A stretch of 37,561 nt of DNA, taken from contig JAZSBZ010000066.1 in assembly GCA_045602645.1 (NCBI GenBank), positions 1 through 37,561 of the forward strand, given 5' to 3'. Both the position numbers and the translations under genes were made by a program. Numbering within the stretch: position 1 is the stretch's first letter; the number at the start of each line of letters is the position of its first letter. The notes beneath the pieces are model-generated. The model was not told the DNA's origin. It did not search any database and was given only the letters and a program-made list of their open reading frames with translations. Below, piece by piece: positions 27,124 through 36,659 of the stretch. This DNA is from Candidatus Scatovivens sp. (GTDB lineage Bacteria > Bacillota > Clostridia > TANB77 > CAG-508).

Positions 27124-27210
27124 GTAAGGGAGTAATTACCATTAAAAAATGGAACAGTATCAACAATGGCGGATACAAAACCTGGTACTGTTTTAAAATA
27201 TGAGACTTAC
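27124..27210 (+). ncRNA. yybP-ykoY (Mn2+) riboswitch, copy 1
   Basis: P1 GTAAG/CTTAC with GGAGTA and TGAGA L1 loop, P2 CCATT/AATGG, P3 AACAGTAT/GTACTGTT with TCAACA loop and CCTGG. Promoter TTGACA 27088, TATAAT 27112. Confidence 0.85.
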
Positions 27211-27262
27211 TAGCAGTTTTGCTAAATAAGTCTCACTTTGTTCATAAATATATTCTAAAGTT

Positions 27263-27297
27263 AGACATATTTGGCAAACGCTAAATATGTTTTTTTA
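27263..27297 (+). terminator. Riboswitch expression-platform terminator
   Basis: AGACATATTTGGC-aaac-GCTAAATATGTTTTTTT just upstream of the RBS. Confidence 0.8.
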
Positions 27298-27316
27298 ATA
27301 AAAGGAGGAATTTATT

Positions 27317-27796
27317 ATGAACAATGATCTAGATGAAACTACACAAAGAGCTGTATCAGATAACTCTTATATAGCTAGATTAAAAAGAACAAAGAAACAA
27401 GAGGTTTTAGACATAATTGATGCAATTCAATATGAAAACAGATATGGAACATCAGCAATGATGGGACCATATACAGCATCAGAAACAGAAAGAGAGTATA
27501 GAAAACTTTTAGATGCTCTTAGTAGTGTACCTGGATTAACAAATGATGAAATAATTGAACTTACAGAAATTATTAATAAAGCAATATCTGAAATACCGAA
27601 AACAGAAAAAGCTAAAGAAGATGATTACATTCAATATGAAGAAAGAAAAGAAGCTGCTTTTGAAAGAGCAAAAGCTAGATTTGGATCTTTAAGTAAAGCG
27701 AAACAATTAAAACTTCGTTTAGCTGGAAAAGCTCCAGAAAATATTGATAAAGATTGGACTAGTATTGAAAAACTTGAAGAGATGTATAGAGATTAA
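27317..27796 (+). CDS. Hypothetical helical protein under riboswitch copy 1
   Basis: AAAGGAGG RBS; no TM segment. Confidence 0.8.
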   Translation: MNNDLDETTQRAVSDNSYIARLKRTKKQEVLDIIDAIQYENRYGTSAMMGPYTASETEREYRKLLDALSSVPGLTNDEIIELTEIINKAISEIPKTEKAKEDDYIQYEERKEAAFERAKARFGSLSKAKQLKLRLAGKAPENIDKDWTSIEKLEEMYRD

Positions 27797-27831
27797 TAAA
27801 TAAAGATAAAATTTAAGGAAAGGTGATTAAG

Positions 27832-28098
27832 ATGGAAGTATATAGGAACTTGATTGATACTTTCTCTAAACTTGATAAAGATATCAAAAGAGAAGAAATC
27901 AAAAAAGAGTGCCAAGAGACTTTAATTGTTCTCGAGAAGTTATGTCGTGATAAAAAGATTAAGTCAGAAACACTTCTTCATGAACAAATGAATAACTTAG
28001 ATGTAATAAATAGTTCTGAAGAAGACTGTTTAAATGCCATCTATAGTTACATTATAGCAATTGAAGAAAAGCTAGGAAGTTATTTTGGAAATAATTAG
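27832..28098 (+). CDS. Small helical hypothetical protein
   Basis: AAGGTGA RBS before ATG 27832 (GTG 27823 is possible); same operon. Confidence 0.7.
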   Translation: MEVYRNLIDTFSKLDKDIKREEIKKECQETLIVLEKLCRDKKIKSETLLHEQMNNLDVINSSEEDCLNAIYSYIIAIEEKLGSYFGNN

Positions 28099-28128
28099 TT
28101 ACAAATGGATAAAGGGGGTTGTTATATT

Positions 28129-28884
28129 ATGGATAATATTAATGACTTAACAAATAATTTAAAAGATTCAGTTGATAGAGTTAAAAACGCATCTGAAGCT
28201 AGAAAAGAATATGCTAAGAAAATAATTGATGGTATTATGACTTCTCCAAAGGGAAGATTGTATATAAAAAATGTGCCAGAATATCAAGAATATTTAACAT
28301 TAAGAAAAGATCCTTCAAGAGAAGGTGCTAAGTATGAATTTTGCGTTGTTAGTGCTATGAAAAATCCTGATACAGGATTTACTGAAGGAAGAGAATATAA
28401 TTTTTTAGATCCGGCTTCTTTTATAGAAACTGTAGATGAAAATAGAGCTATTTTAGATAGTGAACTTGTTAATGCAGATAACTATCAAAGAGTAAAAGAA
28501 AGTGGTTTAAATACTGATGCTTCAAAAGAGACTGAAAGTGAATCACAAAAAGCTAAAAGAGAAATGAAAGAACGTATAGGTCAAATGAAGACTGTACCAG
28601 ATTATAAAAAGCAAAGGGTATATGATGTACTTGATGCTATTGAAAATCATGGTAAAGTTAAAGCTTCAGAACAAGGAGATGTCTATGAACATTTAGCTTT
28701 AAGAAAAATGGATGGTTTGTATAGATATTGTATATCTAAAAAAGTTGTTGATTCATATAGTGGTGCAACAATGGTTCGTGATTATATTCCATTAAATTCT
28801 AAAACTTTAGTTGCTTATGTTGAAGAAAATAGAAAAGTAATAGATAAAGAAGTAAAAAGATTACAAGCCTTAGATGCTAGATAA
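28129..28884 (+). CDS. Hypothetical protein with a duplicated domain
   Basis: AAGGGGG RBS before ATG 28129; two LxLRK...YxxC...RxYxxL...VxENR repeats; terminator at about 28911-28948. Confidence 0.8.
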   Translation: MDNINDLTNNLKDSVDRVKNASEARKEYAKKIIDGIMTSPKGRLYIKNVPEYQEYLTLRKDPSREGAKYEFCVVSAMKNPDTGFTEGREYNFLDPASFIETVDENRAILDSELVNADNYQRVKESGLNTDASKETESESQKAKREMKERIGQMKTVPDYKKQRVYDVLDAIENHGKVKASEQGDVYEHLALRKMDGLYRYCISKKVVDSYSGATMVRDYIPLNSKTLVAYVEENRKVIDKEVKRLQALDAR

Positions 28885-29159
28885 TAGCTAAAAAAAGTAA
28901 TATAAAAATGAAGACTGTAGAGTTTTTAAAACTTTGCAGTCTTTTTTTGACTAAAAGATAAAGTTGTCATTGCCTTTAAGAGTTTTCCATGTTATAATGC
29001 AGTCTGGAATAACATGGTTATTTCAGGTAACACTGCAAGTTTGCTGAAATTTTGGCATTCTTGTATATCCTTATGTCTCTCTAAAAAGGAGGTTATTTTT
29101 TGTTAAGAGAGATGATCGTAACTTTAGTAACTGTTGGACAATGAAAGGAGTGTTTTAGT

Positions 29160-31535
29160 ATGCCTTATACTATCAACCTGACGACACTCAAATCTCATTA
29201 TAGAGACGCTGCACGGACCCTTTACAACAAGGAATTGAGTCAGCTTTCTCCTCATGAGATTAACGGTGTCATCGCAAACGTGGTGAAGAACAAAGTAATT
29301 TGTAATAGCTGGGAATACTCTCAGAATCTGTATTCTCAGCAGAGAATTGCTATTTACTTCTCCATCGAATTCCTCATTGGTCGTGTTGTGCTCGATGCAC
29401 TGAATAACACTGGCCTTTTGGAGGAAACCAGAAAGATTTTTGAAGAAGAAGGAATCGATATCAACTGCCTGGAGGCTGTTGACGATCCTGCACTCGGCAA
29501 TGGTGGCCTCGGTCGTCTTGCTGCCTGCTTCATTGAATCTGCTGCTACTTTGGGAATCCCGCTTTACGGCGTTGGACTTTTCTACAAGTACGGTTTGTTC
29601 AAGCAGGCATTTGACGAAAACGGCTGGCAGATTGCCAAAAGTGATGACTGGACTGCTGGAGGAATTGATCCTTGGTTTGAAGGTCATGAAGACGAATACG
29701 AAATCGTAGAATTCCAGGATACCAGGGTTAAAGCTGTTCCTTACGTGATGCCGGTTGTTGGTTACAAGACTAACGCGTTCCCGCTCACTCTTTGGAAAGC
29801 TGAACCTATCGAAGGACAGACCAACGCATCTGCTGCAGCAATCTCTGACTGGCTGTATCCGAGCGATGGTGACGATGATGGTAAGATCCTCAGAATCCGT
29901 CAGGAATATTTCTTTGTTAGTGCAATGCTTCAGAGAATTTTCCGAATCCACAAAGAAAAGCATGGTACTCTTGATAACATCGGAGATTACTATTATTTCC
30001 AGATGAACGATACCCATCCGGTATTCGGTTGTTTGGAATTTATTAGACTCCTGAAACTTGAGGGTTATACGTTTGATCGTGCGTTTGAGATGGCAAGAGA
30101 TTGTTTTGCTTATACTAATCACACGATTATGCCGGAAGCCCTTGAGAAGTGGAATATTTTGCTTTTCAAGAACCTGCTGCCTAACGTCTTTAAGGTAGTT
30201 GAAGAAATTAATCAGAAGCTCATTGATGAACTCAAGAGAGAAGATTATTTCTGCAACACCCGAATGGAAAATGGGCGCTATGTTAAGGATCCCGCATGGG
30301 ACAGAATCAATCCGTATGAAATGTTCCAGGGGGGATACGTTCATATGAGCCGTATCGCATGCTATGTCGGTCGCAAGATCAATGGCGTTGCATCGGTTCA
30401 CACGGAAATTATCAAGAAGGATCTTTTGAGCATTTGGAATGCTCGCTATCCTTGGAAGTTCAATAACAAGACTAACGGCGTTACTCCTAGACGTTGGCTG
30501 AGACTGGCTAATCCGGATCTGGCTGCGTTCTTGGACAAGTATGTTGGTCCTGAATGGACTACCGACATGACTCTGCTCGAAGGACTTGAGCAGTACAAAA
30601 ACGACAGGGAAGTCCTTGCAGAATTCGCAGCTGCGAAGTTTGAAGCCAAGAAACGTTTGGCAGCCTACATCGAAGAGAAGGAAGGTATCTATGTAGATCC
30701 TACCAGTATTTTCGACTGTCAGGTTAAGAGAATCCATGAGTATAAGCGTCAGCTTATGAATGCTCTTAGAATTCTTTACATTTACGACCAGCTTAAGAAG
30801 GGTAAACTTCCGAATTTCTACAAGACAACCTTCATCATCGGCGGCAAGGCCGCGTCTTCCTACAAGAAGGCTATCCAGACTATTGCTCTTATTAAGGACA
30901 TTCAGCAGCTCGTTAATAACGACCCTGATGTTAATGATAAGATGCAGGTTGTGTTCCTTACGAACTTCAATGTTAGCTATGCTGAAAAGGTATATGCTGC
31001 TGCCAACTTCTCTGAACAGATTAGTACTGCAGGTACCGAAGCTTCTGGTACCGGTAATATGAAGTTCATGATGAACGGCGCACCTACCATTGGTACTCTT
31101 GATGGTGCCAACATTGAGATCGTTGAGGAAGCAAGTTCCAAGAACAACTATATTTTTGGTGCGACAGTTGAAGAACTTAAGCGTATTAAGTCTATCTACA
31201 ATCACCATACTATCCTCGAATCCAACAAGGAAATGGTAGATCTGCTCGCTTACCTTAAGGGTGAGAGAACGCTCAGAGCTACCTACTGGGATCTCGTGAA
31301 CACTTTGCTTTACGACGACAAGTATTATGTGATGTATGACCTTGAGTCTTATATCAAGATTTCCCTGAAGGCAATCGCGGACTATGGTTTTGAACAGCAG
31401 ACTGGAGACCTGACTCATCATACGAGAAAGGCCTTCAAGAACACCGCCCATAGTGGCAAGTTCTCTTCTGACCGTACGATCCTTGAGTATGCCAACGACA
31501 TTTGGTATATCAAGCCTGTAGAAGTTAACAACTAA
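29160..31535 (+). CDS. glgP: Glycogen/maltodextrin phosphorylase
   Basis: GNGGLGRLAACF, QMNDTHP, TNGVTPRRW, KRIHEYKRQ, EASGTGNMK (PLP lysine). Confidence 0.96.
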   Translation: MPYTINLTTLKSHYRDAARTLYNKELSQLSPHEINGVIANVVKNKVICNSWEYSQNLYSQQRIAIYFSIEFLIGRVVLDALNNTGLLEETRKIFEEEGIDINCLEAVDDPALGNGGLGRLAACFIESAATLGIPLYGVGLFYKYGLFKQAFDENGWQIAKSDDWTAGGIDPWFEGHEDEYEIVEFQDTRVKAVPYVMPVVGYKTNAFPLTLWKAEPIEGQTNASAAAISDWLYPSDGDDDGKILRIRQEYFFVSAMLQRIFRIHKEKHGTLDNIGDYYYFQMNDTHPVFGCLEFIRLLKLEGYTFDRAFEMARDCFAYTNHTIMPEALEKWNILLFKNLLPNVFKVVEEINQKLIDELKREDYFCNTRMENGRYVKDPAWDRINPYEMFQGGYVHMSRIACYVGRKINGVASVHTEIIKKDLLSIWNARYPWKFNNKTNGVTPRRWLRLANPDLAAFLDKYVGPEWTTDMTLLEGLEQYKNDREVLAEFAAAKFEAKKRLAAYIEEKEGIYVDPTSIFDCQVKRIHEYKRQLMNALRILYIYDQLKKGKLPNFYKTTFIIGGKAASSYKKAIQTIALIKDIQQLVNNDPDVNDKMQVVFLTNFNVSYAEKVYAAANFSEQISTAGTEASGTGNMKFMMNGAPTIGTLDGANIEIVEEASSKNNYIFGATVEELKRIKSIYNHHTILESNKEMVDLLAYLKGERTLRATYWDLVNTLLYDDKYYVMYDLESYIKISLKAIADYGFEQQTGDLTHHTRKAFKNTAHSGKFSSDRTILEYANDIWYIKPVEVNN

Positions 31536-31657
31536 ATAAGACATAGGAAATCCCGGGGACATTTAGTCCCCGGGATAACTCATTTATAGGGTAAAAACAG
31601 GTGATTGAAATATTGATATTAGTTGACATAACATCAAAAATATGATATACTAAACTT

Positions 31658-31743
31658 GTAAGGGAGTAATAACCATTAAATATGGAATAGCATCAACAAA
31701 GGCGGAAACAAAACCTGGTGCTATTTTAAAATATGAGACTTAC
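31658..31743 (+). ncRNA. yybP-ykoY (Mn2+) riboswitch, copy 2
   Basis: Same architecture as copy 1 with compensatory P3 changes (AATAGCAT/GTGCTATT). Promoter TTGACA 31623, TATACT 31646. Confidence 0.85.
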
Positions 31744-31801
31744 TAGCAGGTTTGCTAAATAGGTCTCAATTTTTGTATCTAAAATAAATAACCCCAAAAG
31801 A

Positions 31802-31835
31802 AGACGTATTTAGCAGGATGCTAAATATGTTTTTT
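31802..31835 (+). terminator. Riboswitch expression-platform terminator, copy 2
   Basis: AGACGTATTTAGCA-gga-TGCTAAATATGTTTTTT. Confidence 0.8.
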
Positions 31836-31857
31836 GTATTTAAAGGAGGAATTTATT

Positions 31858-32631
31858 ATGGATGCAAAAAAAGAATATAAGCCGAATATTTTACAAAGAT
31901 TATTACTTAGAAAAGAGAATGTTTCAACAGATAGATTAAGAGCGTTTTATAATAAAATGCTTGAATCTGGAAATGTACCTTCAAAACTTAAAGCAAAAGG
32001 TGTTATTCCTGAAAGAGCTGCAAGTGATTTTTTACATGCAATTACTTATGCTACAGACTTTGATAACAAAAAAGGTCAATATGTTATTGACCATAGATTT
32101 AAAGAAAATGGTAAAGATTGTAGACTTGTTTTAGAACAAGGGTATTTATCTGATTGGGAGATTGCGTATCCTGCTACTAAATTTACAATTGAAAAAGATG
32201 GAGAGGTAACTCATCAATCTACAATTGGTGCAAATTTATTTAGAGGTACAGAGCTTGTGCCTGTTATGGAATATGCAAGAATAATGTATGGGGAAGAGAC
32301 ATATGGATATTTAATGGAACTAGCTTGTAGAAAGCTTGAAGTATTACCATATATCCCATGTGATCCATCTTACGATATGCCTCATGAAAGCAGTAAAAGA
32401 CAATTAATGAGATTTTTAAAGCTTGATAAGACAGCTAGAAAAATTATTAGAGAATATAAAGCTTTAGGAAAAGAAAAAGATAAATATGATAGAAAGAAAA
32501 AAGATACTGACATCATTAATGAAGTTAGAATGAATAAATTCGATAAAGAATATAAGGTAAAACCTGAAGCTACAAATGTAATTAATATGCCTGTAAGAAA
32601 ACCAGTAGATAGAGAAAGAGTTGATGACTAA
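31858..32631 (+). CDS. Hypothetical soluble protein under riboswitch copy 2
   Basis: AAAGGAGG RBS before ATG 31858; ends ...VDRERVDD; terminator GGCCACGC/GCGTGGTC follows. Confidence 0.8.
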   Translation: MDAKKEYKPNILQRLLLRKENVSTDRLRAFYNKMLESGNVPSKLKAKGVIPERAASDFLHAITYATDFDNKKGQYVIDHRFKENGKDCRLVLEQGYLSDWEIAYPATKFTIEKDGEVTHQSTIGANLFRGTELVPVMEYARIMYGEETYGYLMELACRKLEVLPYIPCDPSYDMPHESSKRQLMRFLKLDKTARKIIREYKALGKEKDKYDRKKKDTDIINEVRMNKFDKEYKVKPEATNVINMPVRKPVDRERVDD

Positions 32632-32768
32632 TAATAAACAACTTTGATTTTAGGCCACGCTTAAAGCGTGGTCTTTATTTTGTAAAAAGATTAATTTTAA
32701 ATATTGAATAAAAAATTTAGTATAGATATAATATTATTAGAAAATTATAAACGAAAGAGGAAAAGGAT

Positions 32769-34091
32769 ATGAAAGAAAGAGGAATATTGCTTCCAATTTT
32801 CTCTCTTCCAGCAAAATATGGAATTGGTGACTTTGGACATGAAGCTTATGAATTTGTTGATATTCTTAGTGAAAACGGTATTAAATATTGGAACTTGCTT
32901 CCAATAAATGCTAATAATAATTTACCATATTCACCAACAAGTTATTATGCTTTGGAAGAAGATTATATATCGCTTGATTTATTAAAAGAAGAAGGATTAA
33001 TAGAAAATCCAGAGCCAAGAGAAAATAAAGATAGAGCAATTTATGATGATTATAAAGAAAAATATTATAAAGAGGCTTTTTCAAATTTTGAGAAAACAGA
33101 TGAGTATTATAAATTTATACAAACACCTGAGATTATAGAATATGCTGAATTTATTAAACAAACAAAAGGTGACGAAATAGATTATACTTTGTTTTTACAA
33201 TATATCCTTTATACTCAATGGATGAAATTAAAAGAGTATGCTAATTCAAAAGGTGTAGAATTTATTGGTGATATGCCGGTATATCCAGTATTTGATTCAG
33301 CTGAAACAATGTTCCATCCAGAATGTTTTGAAATGGAAAATGGAGAATTTACTTTTGAGTCAGGAACGCCACCAGATTATTTCAACGAAGATGGACAAAA
33401 ATGGGGAAATCCAGTATATTCTATTGAACATATGAGAGATGATAATTATAAATATTTAATAAGAAGATTTAAATACTTATTAAAAATGTTTGATAAAATT
33501 AGAGTAGATTACTTTAGAGGATATGATTCATTTTTTAGAATTCCAATTGGAAAATCAGGAAAAGAAGGATACTATTATCCAGGTTTAAGTTATCCATTCT
33601 TTGATGAATTATTTAAAGATGGAGAAGTTAAAAAAGAAGATTTAATAATTGAAGACTTAGGTGATATTAGAGAAGAAACAATAGCACTGAGAAAACATTA
33701 TGGATTTACAAGACAAAAAATTCTTCAATTTGCTATTGATTTATCTATTCATTATGATAAAGATAATGTATCTGAAAATGTAGTAATATTTCCAGGAAAT
33801 CATGACTGCCAAACAATACATGGATGGTATAAAACACTAAGTGATGAAAAAAAAGAAAACTTAAAAGAGTTTTTAAGAAGAAACGAGTGTTATGATATAA
33901 ATGTTAATATTGGAATAATGCAATATTGTATGAAATGTAAAGCAAAAATTGCAATAATAACAGCTCAAGATATTATTGGTTTAGATGATTCTGCAAGAAC
34001 AAATATGCCAGGTACAGAATCGGAACTTAATTGGTCATGGAAATTAATAGACTTTAATGATTTTAAAGAAAGAGTAAAAGATTTTAGATAA
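32769..34091 (+). CDS. malQ: 4-alpha-glucanotransferase (amylomaltase, GH77)
   Basis: GILLPIFSLP..YGIGDFG, IGDMPVY, GTPPDYF..GQKWGNPVY, RVDYFRG, EDLG, NHD, RTNMPG. Confidence 0.95.
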   Translation: MKERGILLPIFSLPAKYGIGDFGHEAYEFVDILSENGIKYWNLLPINANNNLPYSPTSYYALEEDYISLDLLKEEGLIENPEPRENKDRAIYDDYKEKYYKEAFSNFEKTDEYYKFIQTPEIIEYAEFIKQTKGDEIDYTLFLQYILYTQWMKLKEYANSKGVEFIGDMPVYPVFDSAETMFHPECFEMENGEFTFESGTPPDYFNEDGQKWGNPVYSIEHMRDDNYKYLIRRFKYLLKMFDKIRVDYFRGYDSFFRIPIGKSGKEGYYYPGLSYPFFDELFKDGEVKKEDLIIEDLGDIREETIALRKHYGFTRQKILQFAIDLSIHYDKDNVSENVVIFPGNHDCQTIHGWYKTLSDEKKENLKEFLRRNECYDINVNIGIMQYCMKCKAKIAIITAQDIIGLDDSARTNMPGTESELNWSWKLIDFNDFKERVKDFR

Positions 34092-34270
34092 AAAATATAA
34101 AAAGAAAATAATTTAAAGGAGATTTAAAATTAATTTTTAAGTCTCTTTTTTATGCTAAAATAGGCTGTTTAAAAGCTTTAAATTTGAATTAAAGTCTTAA
34201 ATGTGGTATAATATAATTGGATAGCTTTATGCTAAATTTTTATTTGCCGAAAAAGGCAGGAGGTACATTT

Positions 34271-35308
34271 ATGTGGCGTAAACGGACTTTAAGAGGTATG
34301 ATTTTCATTGCAACTTTGTTTGCAATTATAGCATCAACATCAGTCCTCGCGTACGCAGCAAACGGATGCAGTTATGATAGCATGAAAGATAATATTACAA
34401 AGCATATAAACGAACTGGTAAGCCTTATTGAGGAAAATGATGAATTCGTTGAAGAAGCAACTCAGCCTGTGACAGAAACTGTTATTGAAACTGTTCCTGA
34501 AACTACTGAAGCTCTTGAGATTGTATTTACTCCCCTCGTTTATAGACAGACCAGTGAAAACCCACCTGAGCCGGAATTTTTGAGTAACTTTACTTCTGAA
34601 GTTCCCGTCTTAGTACAAACCGTCCCTGAGGACGATGACATGGCAATCAATATTAAGGAAATCTTGATTGATGGTACGCAGGTTTATGAGTTCAAAGGTA
34701 TGGACTTTACAATCCCTTATAATCCCATCGAAAGAGAACCTATGGTCAGTGAATCTGGTTATGTTGAGCAGTATACTGAAGTTCCCCTTTATATTCAGCA
34801 ATCTTACCCTTACACTAAGTATGGCGGACATGGTACAGTATCCAGTCATGGTTGTGGAATTACAAGTTGTGCTATGGTATATACATATCTTTTAGATAAG
34901 CCTATCATGCCTGATGAGCTTGCTGAAGTATATGGTAAGTATAACACTTCTTGCGGTTCTTCCTACACACTTTTTAGCCAGTCTGCTGAAGACCTTGGTT
35001 TAGAAGTTGAAATGGTATATAATTGGCAAGACGTAGAAGAAGCCTTAAAGAATGGATGTGTTGTTATTGCGAATGTTCGCTCTGATTCTATCTTTACTAC
35101 TGGCGGACACTATATTGTATACCGCGGAATCACTGATGATGGTAAAATCCTTGTAAACGACCCCAACATTTACAATTATGGTAAGTGGTCTAGCAATGCA
35201 CTTAAGGAAGGATTTAAAAATGGATTCGATCCAAAATACTGTAAGTACAGTTTTCCTTGTTGGATTTATTCTCCCAAGGATATTGAAAACGTATCTGAAG
35301 CCCAGTAA
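34271..35308 (+). CDS. Secreted peptidase C39-like protein
   Basis: Signal peptide (LAYA); LYIQ...GCGITSCAMV...GHYIV...NDP Cys-His-Asp triad; AGGAGGT RBS before ATG 34271. Confidence 0.85.
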   Translation: MWRKRTLRGMIFIATLFAIIASTSVLAYAANGCSYDSMKDNITKHINELVSLIEENDEFVEEATQPVTETVIETVPETTEALEIVFTPLVYRQTSENPPEPEFLSNFTSEVPVLVQTVPEDDDMAINIKEILIDGTQVYEFKGMDFTIPYNPIEREPMVSESGYVEQYTEVPLYIQQSYPYTKYGGHGTVSSHGCGITSCAMVYTYLLDKPIMPDELAEVYGKYNTSCGSSYTLFSQSAEDLGLEVEMVYNWQDVEEALKNGCVVIANVRSDSIFTTGGHYIVYRGITDDGKILVNDPNIYNYGKWSSNALKEGFKNGFDPKYCKYSFPCWIYSPKDIENVSEAQ

Positions 35309-35389
35309 ATTACAAAACGTAAAAACCAAAAAGAAACACCGAAGTTTACTTCGGTGTCTTTTATTTGTATATTTAAATTTTATAATTTT

Positions 35390-36397
35390 TTATTCTTTAT
35401 AATGAGTTTCCATTTTATCTAGATAATCTCTGATATTTACTGAAGCTCTATCTATGATTTTATAGTTTGTATATTTTCCATCTTTGTTTTTAAATAATTC
35501 TATATATATTTCAAGCTCTTTTAGTTTTAAAGCGTTTGTTGCTTTATAGATAGGATAGATATACTCTTCGTCACTTTCGTCGTAAATTGACTCATTAGGA
35601 TCGAATACAAAGATATTTCCTTTTATGTCTGCATCATAATTTACTTTTACAACTAAACTTTCTGCTTCTTCTAAATCGAATATTATTTCACATGCATTTA
35701 AGTAAGCTTTTTCTACATGGATATTTATAGTATCATTAATATTTGCACTTTCAAATTCAATTAAGTTTTTATTATTTAAAATATGGTTATCTCTAATATA
35801 ATCTTCAACTACTTTATATTCGTATGTGCTAAAGTCGAAGAATTCTCTTAATATTGTTTCTAATTTATTTATAATGATGCAATCTACTTTTGGTTTGATT
35901 GAATCTATAAAACCTTTATCTTCGGATACTATGTAGGCATTTGTATAATCACTTTGTTTTAGGAAATTTACTATGGCAGATATTATCATTGCATCTGGAA
36001 ATTCTTTTGGTTTTGATGTTTCAAATGGTTTTTCTTTATTGAAGTACCATTTATTTACATCAGCTATATCTAAATATTTTTCACATTCAAGAACCATAAT
36101 GTTATTTCTTTCGATAAATTCATCAAGCTTTTTTAAGTTTTCTTTTAGTATGCTATCATAAAATTCTTGGTTTAATTTGTTTCTAACGTAGATAGATTTA
36201 ATATTGTTTTGATCATTATCAATTGATTCTTTAATGTGTTTTTTTAGTTCTTCAATTACTATATTTGGAAGACATACTTCAATGTTAGTATACCTTTTAA
36301 GTACTGCTAAAATGTTGTTGCGGTATGTATGTTCAAAGTCGTATTTTTCTTTTCTACCAAATACATTTGTATCTAAGAAAATAATATCTTTTTCCAT
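35390..36397 (-). CDS. PIN-domain protein (DUF4935-like)
   Basis: FLDTNVF, IVIEELKKH, KPF...KEFPDAMII, VSEDKGF acidic PIN residues. Confidence 0.85.
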   Translation of the reverse strand: MEKDIIFLDTNVFGRKEKYDFEHTYRNNILAVLKRYTNIEVCLPNIVIEELKKHIKESIDNDQNNIKSIYVRNKLNQEFYDSILKENLKKLDEFIERNNIMVLECEKYLDIADVNKWYFNKEKPFETSKPKEFPDAMIISAIVNFLKQSDYTNAYIVSEDKGFIDSIKPKVDCIIINKLETILREFFDFSTYEYKVVEDYIRDNHILNNKNLIEFESANINDTINIHVEKAYLNACEIIFDLEEAESLVVKVNYDADIKGNIFVFDPNESIYDESDEEYIYPIYKATNALKLKELEIYIELFKNKDGKYTNYKIIDRASVNIRDYLDKMETHYKE

Positions 36398-36659
36398 GCA
36401 ATCACCTACTTTCCTAAAAAAGTAATTATGAAAAAATAACCATAATATCCTACTTTAATTATACCATTTTTTTGAGTAAAAATCAAAAATTAGAGGATTA
36501 AAAAAGAAGAAAAAACATAGAAAATAGATAGGTTTTAATGCTAGTGCTTGAAAAAACGAAGTTTTTGTGATAAAATACACTAACGCTTTTTATTTTAAAA
36601 AACAATTTTACACATAATACTTGTGAATATATGTAGACAAATAGAATGGAGTGATGAAT

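Noticed and set aside
29124-31562. 812-aa antisense ORF over glgP
   Set aside because: It is in register with glgP and explained by the absence of TTA/CTA/TCA codons there; it has no recognisable motif or RBS.
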